Shown here: positions 1-10,349 of the stretch, one piece after another
Layout of the letters: each line of letters begins with the position of its first letter
Numbering within the stretch: position 1 is the stretch's first letter
Source of the DNA: Felis catus
Lineage: Eukaryota
Length of the DNA stretch: 64,000 bases
NCBI RefSeq assembly: GCF_018350175.1
Contig: NC_058383.1
Span: forward strand, 11,100,001 to 11,164,000
Direction of reading: 5' to 3'
Notes under the pieces: model-generated
Seen by the model: the letters and a program-made list of their open reading frames with translations, nothing else
Databases searched by the model: none
What the model was told of the DNA's origin: nothing
Position numbers and translations under genes: made by a program

Positions 1-2109
1 AGCGACTGAGGAAACATACACACTTCAACTTGAGGCTTGTATTTTTTTTTTGTATTCTTTTTTAAATGTTTTTATTTATTTTTGAGAAAGAGAGAGAGCA
101 CAGCAGGGGAGGGGCAGAGAGAGAGAACGAGACACAGAATCCAAAGGAGGCTCCAGGCTCTGAGGTGTCAGCACAGTGCCTGACACAGGGCTTGAACTCA
201 CGAACCGTGAGATCATGACCTGAGCCCAAGTCGGAAGCTCAACCGACTGAGCCACCCAGGCACCCCCAATTGGAAGCCTTTAAATAATGATCCTAAAACC
301 TTTGACTGTCTTCTTGTTATCACACCCATTTTTGAGAACAAGTAGAAGTCTGTAATTATCAACTGTTTATGTGTGGGTGGTTTGTAAAATGAAAAAGGAC
401 ATGGTGTTCCATGTGCTTAAAATAACCTCCAAGTACAGAGGTCTCTCAATGAAGCAGAGCATAAAGCAATCAAAGTGGGGCACTCATCTCTGAACTCAAA
501 CATTGTTTATGTCTGCAGATTTTATTTAGCAAGGGAAAAAAATGGTCAAAAAAATGGATCACTCGCAGTTTCCTTTTAAATAAAGGAAAGTTTTTATTTT
601 CAAATTATTTATAATTGCTGTATACTAGATCCTTAGTAGGATTACATTTCACATCTTTGGTTATTAAAGAAGAAAGACCTGTTCGTGTCATTTAAAAAAA
701 TTTTTAATTAAGGTATAATTTATGTAAAGTTCATTCTTTTTAGTGTAAGATCTGTAATTTCTTTTTGAGAGAGACAGGGTGCATGTACACACATGCAGGG
801 GAGAGGCAGAGAGAGAGGGAGAGAGAGGATCCAAGGCAGGTTCCATGCTGTCAGCAGAGAGCTGGATGCGGGGTTCAAGCTCATGAACTGTGAGATCACG
901 ACCTGAGCTGAAGTCAAATGCTTAACTGGCTGAGCCACCCAGGCGCCCCAAGAGAAGTAGGCTTTTTAAGCTTCATAGGAAAGGACTAAACTGTTTTCCA
1001 AAGTGGCTGTACTATTTTGTGTTCCTATTGCTAATACATGAGAATTCCAAGTGCTCTGTATCCCATCTGACAGAGTGTTGTCAGCTAAAAAAACAAAACA
1101 AAACAAAACAAAAAGCTGTAGGGGGTTGGGGGCGGGGGTCAGGCAGTTAAGCATCTGACTCTTGATTTCAGCTCAGGTCATGATCTCACGGTTCATGAGG
1201 TAGAGCCTCACATTGGGCTCTGCACTGATGGCAAGGAGCCTGCTTGGGATTCTCTCTCCCTCTCTCTGCCCCTCTCCTGCTCCCGAATGTGCTCTCTCTC
1301 TCTCTCTCAAAATAAATAAATAAATAAATATTAAAAAAAAAAAAAACTTTTCCTACAACAGAGTCTCATCTTATAATGGAAGTAGGTACGTCTAAAGGCA
1401 AATTCACCCATCGTCAAAATTATCTTAGGAAGCAATAAATTATCTGTCCCAGAGGGAACATTTTCCTTCTATGAGTTAATTGTTTGGGGAGCTGCTGACT
1501 TCTAGCTCTTTATCACCCGATGCAACTTTGCCAACACGACGCACATTTTTTCAAGTCAGTGGTCCTGAAACATGTCAACCACTCAGAGTGACTTCGAGCT
1601 GCGTATCAGAAGGCCATTCTTCTTGGGTCGGGGGAGGGTTCCCTTTTCTTTCCGAATTTTGCCATCAATGGCTGTGTCTTCAGAGTTCATGTCTTTCAGC
1701 CGTAATTTTAATATTTTCCATCTCTCTAAAATCTTATCACCTATTTGGCTGGTCACCAAGCAGCTACTGGAACACGAAATGCCACTGTTTGATGACTCAT
1801 ATGTTGATGGCAGGAATACTACATTCACTGTGACCATGTCTCTAATTGTAACCTTTCATGGAGTCCCGCCAGCCAGTTTTCCCTGCAGTGTTGACATGGT
1901 TTCTTCCATTAATCATCCAGTGAACTAGTTTAGGGGCCACGATGTATGAAAAACACACATTTTTTTAGAGATTTTATTTTTAATCAATCTCCACACCAAA
2001 CTTGGGGCTTGAACTCACAACCCTGAGATCAAGAGTCACACACGTCCCACCGACCAAGCCAGCCAGGTGACCCGAAAAAAACACATTAAAAAATATATTT
2101 ACTTATTTT

Positions 2110-2148
<39 letters not shown>

Positions 2149-2550
2149 ACGAGAGCCCAACAGGCTCCACACTGTCAGCACAGGCCCCGATGCGGGGTTC
2201 AAACCCACGAACCACGAGATCATGACCTGAGCCGAAACCAAGAGCCTGGACGCTTAACCGACAGAGCCACCCCAGGTGCCCCAAAAAACACATTTTAAAA
2301 CACTGGAATCCCATATGGTGCTTTGAGATGCTCCTGTTGGAGAGGCCCCTGAGAACTGAGACCCTTTAAGGGACTGGAATATTCCAGGCTCCTGTGTCCT
2401 GCGTGCTCCTAAGTCGGATGTTCCTCCACTGGAATGACAGAAGGTGCCTAAAATATTTAAGTAGTGATTTTCCTCTTTTCACTGTTGCAGTTCGACCATG
2501 GCTGAACTCTCCTAAGTTAAGTGCAGGTATGGACACCACTGTATCTATTT

Positions 2551-2637
2551 AATTTTGTGTGCCATCCACGTGCAGGGGCCGTGCTACTATTCTCCGTGTT
2601 GTTCCAACTTTAGCCTACGCGCTGCTGAAGCAAGCAC
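2551..2637 (-). pseudogene. U6 snRNA retropseudogene, 3'-truncated
   Basis: The reverse complement GTGCTTGCTTCAGCAGCGCGTAGGCTAAAGTTGGAACAACACGGAGAATAGTAGCACGGCCCCTGCACGTGGATGGCACACAAAATT aligns to U6 nt 1-~87. The ACAGAGA box is mutated and TATCTATT occurs on both flanks (degenerate TSD). Confidence 0.92.
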
Positions 2638-3252
2638 CGTGGTTATCTATTCTTTTGCACGATGTTTTGCATGGAGACGGTTCTAGCAAAGCCTTCCTGC
2701 AAAACCCAAGAGTGAGTTGCTTGATTGACATCTGTTGGTGCCCGTGGTACAGGTATCATTTCTGTTAATTACACCACAGTAATCCCTAAGAGGACTGTGA
2801 TGTCAAAACTCTGGTTTTTACAAGAGAATAAATGATAGGCAAAATCAAGCGAGGTGGAACTGAAAAGGATATGATCACTTGGTATCGACTGCGCTACCCG
2901 CAATGACAAAAAAGCGAGTGTTGCATAATTATCGTTTTGTTGCATCCTTCACCTAGCAACGAATGCAGGCAGGAACCTTGTCTTTTCAGTTTTGTGACTT
3001 AGAACCCCCCATCCAGTAATGGAGCATCAGAAATCATGAAAGCCAGGGGCGCCTGCCTGGCTGAGTCGCTGGAGCATGTGACTCGTGATCCTGGGGTCGT
3101 GAGTTTAAGCCCTGTGCTGGGTGTAGCGATGACTTAAAACAATGTAATGAAACATGATTAGGAGCTGATCTGGGGTCTCCCACCCTGAGAACATTTTCCA
3201 GGAAAAAAAATCGCTGCATTCTGCCCCCCCCCTTTTTAAAAAAGTTTATTAT

Positions 3253-3300
<48 letters not shown>

Positions 3301-3867
3301 CCAAGCAGGCTCCAGGCTGTCAGTACAGAGCCTGATGCAGGGCTTGAATTCACGAACCATGAGACCATGACCGGAGCCGAAATCCAGAGCTGGACGCTCA
3401 ACTGACTGAGCCACCCAGGGGTCCCCATGTTTCATTCTAACAAAGCTAAGATTCCTTAACGGTGAGAGCTTGTACCACAGAGTAAAATCTCCCAAAGCTT
3501 AGCTGGTGATTAATTCTTTTCTATTCAAATCTAAAGAATAAGCAATGTTCCTTTAGATCAGAGATTTTACACAGTGCTTAACCTTTTGCTCTTGTATTTA
3601 TTGGGTTTTAAAAAGTATATTTATTTGAGCAATCTATACCCAATGTGGGGCTCGAACTCCTGACCTCGAGATCGAGTGAGTCACAGGCTCTTCTGACTGA
3701 GCCAGCCAGGGGCCCCAGTTTTTTTCTAAGACTGGAGATGTAAACAAAACAAAACAAAACAAAACAAAAATCCCTCAAATATCACATATTTTCCCAGCAA
3801 TCCTTGAGGGCTGTGGGTCTCTCCTGTCCAATGCAATATTTGGCTAATGAAAAGCAAACATCTAGAA

Positions 3868-4061
3868 CAGGAGTCACCAATCTGCAGCCTGTGGGTCAAA
3901 TACAGACTGCCACGTCTTTTTGTAAATAAAGTTTTACTGAAACACAGATGTTTCCAGCTCAGCTGTAGCTGCTTTTCTGCAAAGACAGGGTTGCATGCAT
4001 GTGACAGAGACCGAAAATACTTATTATCTGGCCTTTCACAGAAGAAGTCTGCCCATCCCTG
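3868..4061. mobile_element. hAT-Charlie MITE, MER58A-like
   Basis: CAGGAGTC...ATCCCTG termini; internal TTTTTGTAAATAAAGTTTTACTGAAACACAG; 8-bp TSD ATCTAGAA/ATTTAGCA. Confidence 0.8.
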
Positions 4062-4559
4062 ATTTAGCATTCACTTCTATCACCTATACTGTTCATCATT
4101 TAGAATGTCATCTGCTCCATTTGGCAAACCCCTCACATCTTGAAATAGTGGCCCAGTTTATTTTTCAGACTGTTTCTGGGTTTTCCTTTCCCAAGGTGAA
4201 TTTTTCAGGTCTCTGAGGCCTTTATTATTAAAAAACTTTTTTTTTTGTTTATTTATTTTTGAGAGCGAGAGAGAGCATGAGCAGGGGAGGGGCAGAGAGG
4301 GAGACACAGAATCCAAAGCGGGCTCCAGGCTCCGAGCTGTCAGCACAGAGCCCAATGCGGGACTCGAATGCGCAAACCGTGAGATCGTGACCTGAGCCGA
4401 AGTCGGGACACTCAACCCACCGAGCCATCTGGGCGCCCCTCGGAGACCTTGATTTTAATTAAGTTCCTGAGTTGTCACCTTCTCCAAAGTTCGGGCCACA
4501 GTAAATGGGAACTATAAACTCAAGTGGACCTATTCAACATTCAACACAAATGTATGCAG

Positions 4560-5065
4560 GGGGTTAAAGGTACCGACTTCCAGTCACAAAATAGGAAGTC
4601 CTGGGGCTATAACGCACAGGGTGGCAACTAGAGTTAACAACACTGTACTGTATGTTTGAAAGTTGCTAAGAGGATGAATGTTAGAAGTTCTCATTACAAG
4701 AAAACAACAACGCGTGGGGCGCCTGGTGGTTCAGTTGGTAAAGCATCCAATTCTTGACCTCACCTCAGGTCATGATCTCATGGTTCATGAGATTGAGCCC
4801 CTTGTCCGGCTCTGTGCTGACGGTGCGGAGCCTGCTTGGGATTCTCTCTCTGCCCCTCTCTGCCCCTTGTCTGTGCTCTCTCTCTCTCTAAAAATAAATA
4901 AACATTAAAAAACAAAATTTGTAACTTACATGAGGTGATGTTGCTTAAACTAGTTGTGATCATATTGCAATAAATACATATAGCAAATCACTACACTGTA
5001 CATCTAAAACTAACACAACGTTACATGCCGATAATATCTCAATAAAGCCAGATAAAAACTTAAAA
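4560..5065 (+). mobile_element. L1 3' end (L1MA-type) split by a Can-SINE
   Basis: TTTGAAAGTTGCTAAGAG...AAGTTCTCATTACAAGAAAA and a terminal ATCTCAATAAAG. Confidence 0.75.
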
Positions 5066-6424
5066 GAAAGTAACAACAGGGGTGCCGGAGTGGCTGAGTC
5101 AGTTGAGTGTCCGACTCTTGATTTTGGCTCAGGCCATTATCTCAGAATTCGTGAGACTGAGCCCCGTATCAGGCTTTGTGCTGGCAGCATGGAGCCTGCT
5201 TGTGATTCTCTCTCTCCCTCTTTCTCTGCCCCTCCCTGGCTCATGCGCATGATTTCTCTCTCTCTGTCTCAAAACAAATAAATAAACATTAAAAAAATAA
5301 CAACAGGGGCACCTGGGTGGCTCAGTCCATTACATTTCTGACATCAGCTCAGGTCATGATCTCACGGTTCATGGACTGGAGCCCCGCATGGGGTTTGTGA
5401 GTTTGAGCCCCACATCAGGCTCTCTACCGTCAGTGCAGGGCCTGCCTTGGATCCTCTGTCCCCCCCTCTCTCTGCGCTCCCCACTGGTGCGCTCTCTTCC
5501 TTTAAAAAATGAAAGAAACATTAAATTAAAAAATACATAAATAGGGGCGCCTGGGTGGCTCAGTCGGTCGAGCTTCCGACTTTGGCTCCTGTCATGAACT
5601 CGCAGTTCATGAGTTTGAGCCCCGCGTCAGGCTCTGTGCTGACAGCTGGGAGCCTGGAGCCTGCTTTGGATTCTGTGTCTCCCTCCCTCTTTGCCCCTGC
5701 CCCGCTTGGGCAGTCTCTCTCAAAAATAAAGATTAAAAAAAATTAAAATAAATAAATATCAATAAATTTCAAGACAACAAGGTATTCTATTCTGCAATTA
5801 GCAAGGAATATGGAAGAGAACAAGAAATAATACGTATTTTCAAGGTCACAGAATAAGATTAGTCAAGTTTAAATATTAACAACTGGTCAAGAACTTTAGC
5901 TTAGCCAAAATTAATAAAAACTTAAAAACACATTTTGAGCACCCGGCATACTCTGCTCACAGGAAGGGCACCAAGAAAGAGAGGTGAAGAAATTCCACCT
6001 CCACTGCTCTCGAGTGAGACAGACCTCCATAGACCGGGCGGAATAACAGGTAATAAAGGCTAAATGAAAGCCAAACCACCCCTGAAATGGTCCAGGGCAT
6101 GTGGAAACAGAGTAACCAAAAGGGATAAGATGATGAAGGCACGCCAGCATGATTTCCAAGTTGGGCAGCTTGAGAGTGAGGAAGAGAATGTCCAGGCATT
6201 CCGGGTAAAGGTCCTGGTAAAGACCCAGAGCTCAGGCAGCCCACTTCGGGAAGTCACCGGCAGGCAGGCAGGTAGAACTGGGAACCAGTCCACATCAGCA
6301 CTGCAGGTTAACACCTGTTGCAGCCTGACACCGAGTCCTGTGGGTACTGAAGGCCCCCTGTGCCAGTCACACAAACCATTACCAGCAGGCCACCAAAACA
6401 TGAAAACTTTTCCCCTCGAAAGGC

Positions 6425-6870
6425 AAATTTGGGCTCAGCAATTCCACTCCTTGGTATATACCGAAGAGTAAAAAACAGGTCCTCACAAAAACATGTGCAC
6501 GAACGTCCATCGTACAGCATTACTCATTACAGCCAAGAAGTAGAAACAACCCAAATATCCATTGGCGGGGAGGGGGAAACATGGCATATCTATACCATAC
6601 AATGGATCACTACTCAGCCATAAAAAAGAAGTTAAAGACACAGACTCCTAAGGATGATCCCATCTACCGGGAAACGTCCAGAACAGGCAGAACCACCTAG
6701 GTAGACAGGACACTGGCGGTTGCAGGGGGCTGGGAAGGGGAAGGGGGCTTCTTTTTGGGTGACGGAAAAGTGCTGAGATACGACGGTGGTGACTGCACGG
6801 CTCTGAGTGGACCCCAAACCATGGATCATACGCTCTAAAAGGCGCACTTGACGACCGATCTCAATAAAGC
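6425..6870 (+). mobile_element. L1MB-type 3' fragment
   Basis: CAGCAATTCCACTCCTTGGTATATAC...TACTCAGCCATAAAAAAGAA...CTCAATAAAG. Confidence 0.8.
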
Positions 6871-6899
6871 CGTTACTAAAACAGCTAAGCTTGGGTCTG

Positions 6900-7960
6900 A
6901 CCGGCGGAGAATGCCCTTCCGCCCTTGAACTCTAAGCCATCACCGACACGGACCGCAGCACGGGGTCGGTGGCTCCTCTTCTAACAGACAGGGCGCCCCA
7001 GTCCGCTCGCTGCCACAATCCACGCGAGAACCCACGCGGGGGACCCTTCGCCACGCGCGACGCGGGGGGCGGAGTCCCACGCCTTCGCCGTGTCGCCCCG
7101 GCAGTTACCAGGCAACAGCCGCGGCCCCGCCCCTCACCTACCCAATCAAGCACGTCCGCACGCAGCGGGAGAGCCCCACGTACGCCAGGCCGAGCGTGAC
7201 CTCACGCGCACTGGGCCCAGAGAGCCCAGAGCCTGCAGACGCCCGCCCCCGCCGCCCCCGCCCAGCCAATCAGAGAGGACAGGGCTGCGCGTCCGTGCGC
7301 GCGACCGTTGTCCCCGCGGCGGGGTTTCCCTGCCCCACCCCCACTCCTGAGCCCGGCCCGCGGGGAACGGGGTTCTGGGGCCGCCGGGACGGCGACAGGG
7401 GCGCCTCCCGCCGTGCGCCTGGACGGCCGGCCTGCCTCCCCCGCCCCAGTCTTCCCACTGGCCAGCCCCGCGAGCGTAGAAAGTTCCAGGAGAAGCACCC
7501 GCTCTTAATGGCGGCCGCGGCGGGGGCCGGGTACGCACCTGAGGTCCCCGGCGGCGGGCAGCGCCGGGTCGGCAGAGGGGTCTGAGGGCTGGACCGCCGG
7601 GGAGCGGCCGTGGGGAGCGGCGGCGGCCCTGGCGGCGAAGAGGCGGGGCGCGGCGTGGGGGCGGCGGCCGGGGTCCGGCTCTCCACTATCCCTCCTTTTT
7701 CTCTTTCTTTCTTCACCCCCCCCCACCCCCGTTGTTTTTTTTTTTTTTTTTTTTTTGGCTTCCTGGAAGGCAGCCTCCACTCGTGTGTCCGCAGCGCCCC
7801 CAGTGGGCGTTGCCGTTTCCGGTGCTGTGGAATCCAGGGGAGCTGCACGCCGGATTTGTTTGCAGGCTCAGCCGCGGTCCGCAGAAGGCCAGGCGTGCGC
7901 CTCGGTCCCCAGCCTTTGATGAGCGGCTGGCACGTGCCCCGCCTCACCCCTGCACACCGC
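6900..7960 (-). promoter_or_regulatory. GTF2IRD2: CpG island / promoter of the divergent - strand gene (GTF2IRD2)
   Basis: CpG-dense island with GC boxes, CCAAT at 7142 and 7266, X-box 7104-7116 and ETS/GAS motifs 7760-7823; head-to-head with RCC1L. Confidence 0.8.
7539..7765 (-). other. GTF2IRD2: GTF2IRD2 non-coding exon 1 (5' end approximate)
   Basis: The minus strand reads A-tract, GAGAGAAAAAGGAGGG, GC-rich leader, then CCTCAG|GTGCGT donor at 7539/7538. This resembles the GTF2IRD2 5'UTR from memory and fits synteny. No GTF2IRD2 coding exon is visible in the window. Confidence 0.7.
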
Positions 7961-8825
7961 CCCCAGACGTGGGCCTCCTTTCATGCAGTTGTTTAATATG
8001 GTATTTTGCACGCCTGTAGCTTGTGGCTTTAAAGCGCTGAGGTTGCAACTCGACGGACCCGAGACTCTGTCTTGAAGTCATCGAGTTATTTGTCAGGAAC
8101 TGTAACGGCGTGTCCCGACCTTTTGGTAGGGTCAGTGCCATCGCCAACCAATCTTGAGCCTTTCATCCGTTGGTGGTGGCGCTCCAGCAAACAGCCCAGT
8201 ATTACAGCAGTGTTATTTCTCCTTAGTTACGCCTTACGTGTATTATTGTGCGAAAAGGAGAAAAGAACAGAAACCATTTACCTACCCATCGCTCAGATGT
8301 AACCTAGTGTGCCATATTTATTTCACAGTTTTAAGAAATACTACAGAGACACAACCGAAGGCACTGTTCTTGTTCCCTTCTCTTCCCCACAGGTAATTAC
8401 TGTCTCGCAGTTTATATGTTCTAGTACACGTTTTCTTTCTGTCTGTCTGTCCTTCTAAGTAGGCTCCACTCCCAGCACAGAGCTCACTCAGCACGGGGCA
8501 GAACTCAACCCTGAGATCAAGACCTGAGCTGTGATCAGAGTCCGGGAACCAGCAGAGTCACCCAGGTGCCCCACTAATACACATTTATTTTGCAAAAAGA
8601 CAAGTGTCTCAAATTTGCTGAGACTTTCTTTCTGTAAGTGTCTATCAAAGATATGCTTCCTAGCAGATGCTGTTAAAAAAAAAAACAAACCTGTCCTTTC
8701 AGGGCACCTGGGTGGCTCAGTGGTTTAACATCTGACTCTTGATCTCACCTCAGATCAAGATCTCACACTCCATGAGATCCAGTGCCTAGTCGGGCTCTGC
8801 ACTGTCAGCGTGAAGCCTGCTTGGG

Positions 8826-8910
<85 letters not shown>

Positions 8911-9711
8911 GTCCCTCACCTGCCCACGCTTGCTTTCTCTCTCTCTCTAAATAAATAAACATTAAAAAAACCGTATCCTTTCAAAGTAAAGCTAACAATT
9001 CAACAAGTAATTTTGAAAGTATCACAAACCAAGAAACAGATTCTTGACTATAGATAACAAGCTGGTTACATAGAGGGGAGGGGGGTGGGGATTAAAGAGA
9101 ATACACTTACCATGAGGAGCGCTCAGTGATGTATAGCAGTGTTGAATCACTGTATTATATACCTGAAACTAATATAACAGTGTATATTGACGATACTGGG
9201 ATTAAAAAAAAAAAAAAACTTAGGAAAGTCCCTGCTTCAGGGGCGCCTGGGTGGCTCAGACTGTTGAGCATCCAACTGCGGCTTGCGTCATGATCTCGCA
9301 GTTCATGGGTTCAAGCCCTGTGTTGGGCTCTGTGCTGACAGCTTGGAGCCTGCAGCCTGCTTCAGATTCTGTGTCCCTGTCTCTCCCTCTCAAAAATAAG
9401 CATTAAAAATTTTTTTTCAAAGTGCCTGCTTTTTTGACATTATTTTAATTTTTAAAATTTTTATTATTTTTCAATGTTTATTTATTTTTGAGAGAGAGAG
9501 AGAGAGCAGAGGAGGGGCAGAGAGAGAGAGAGGAGGCAGAGGATCCGAAGCAGGCTCCGAGCAGTCAGCACAAAGCCTGATGTGGGCCTTGAACTCGCCA
9601 ACCATGAGATCATGACCTGAACCGCAGTCGGACGCTCAACCGACTGAGCCACCCAGGTGCCCCTTGATGTTATTTTTAAAAGAGATGTTGGAAAATATTC
9701 CCATTATGTTA

Positions 9712-10130
9712 CAGTTGATTCTCCTCATTCCAAAGAGTTGTGTTCTATGAAGTTAGGCAAACAGTGAGCAAGACTGAACCACTACTCCGCAGGGTAATAC
9801 AAGGTTAGGTTTCTGCCAGCCTCTGGTCATGACATTTTTGCGAACCTGTCAATACGTAGCCCTGTTTTATGTGTGTGTCTGTTCAAAGACACCTTATGTA
9901 ACATGCATTGTCAATTCATCAGTTGAACTGATGGCCAACAGCACTATCTACAGCTCATGCCTGAGGGAAGCTTACCTAACACGGGTATTTTCTACTTAAG
10001 GCACATCACAGCCTTCTTGTGCTTAGGGGCACCAGACAACAGTTGAGCACTATGTCTGAGAGCCACTTTAAGCAGCAAAATCACCAACAAGGAAGCACAA
10101 GATGTGGAAAACGTAGCATTAAAAAGACCA
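9712..10130. mobile_element. TcMar-Tigger fossil, MER82-like (partial)
   Basis: TA|CAGTTGATTCTC start; AAGGCACATCACAGCCTTCTTG and AAAATCACCAACAA blocks recalled from the MER82 consensus. Confidence 0.7.
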
Positions 10131-10349
10131 GGGAAGGGTGCATGGGTGGCTCCGTCAGTTAAGTGTCTGACTTTGGCTCAGGTCACGATACCGCAATTGG
10201 GGAGTTTCAGCCCCGCATCAGGCTCTGTGCTGACAGCTCGGAGTCTGGAGCCTGCGTCAGATTCTGTGTCTCCCTCTCTCTCTGCCCCTCCCCTGTTCAT
10301 GCTCTCTCTCTGTCTCAAAAATAAATAAAAAACGTTAAAAAAAAAATTA

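Noticed and set aside
1520..1585. Minus-strand peptide VVDMFQDH*LEKMCVVLAK resembling the GTF2I/GTF2IRD2 N-terminus (LESMCKELAK)
   Set aside because: In-frame stop, no splice sites, poor nucleotide resemblance; likely coincidence.
5555..5746. Recurrent ORF family MAQSV...[24 protein letters not shown] in many places
   Set aside because: Translations of Can-SINE copies, not a gene family.
7270..7947. 225-aa - strand ORF across the GTF2IRD2 CpG island
   Set aside because: Low-complexity Pro/Arg/Lys translation of a CpG island and A tract; runs through the splice donor; does not resemble TFII-I-family proteins.
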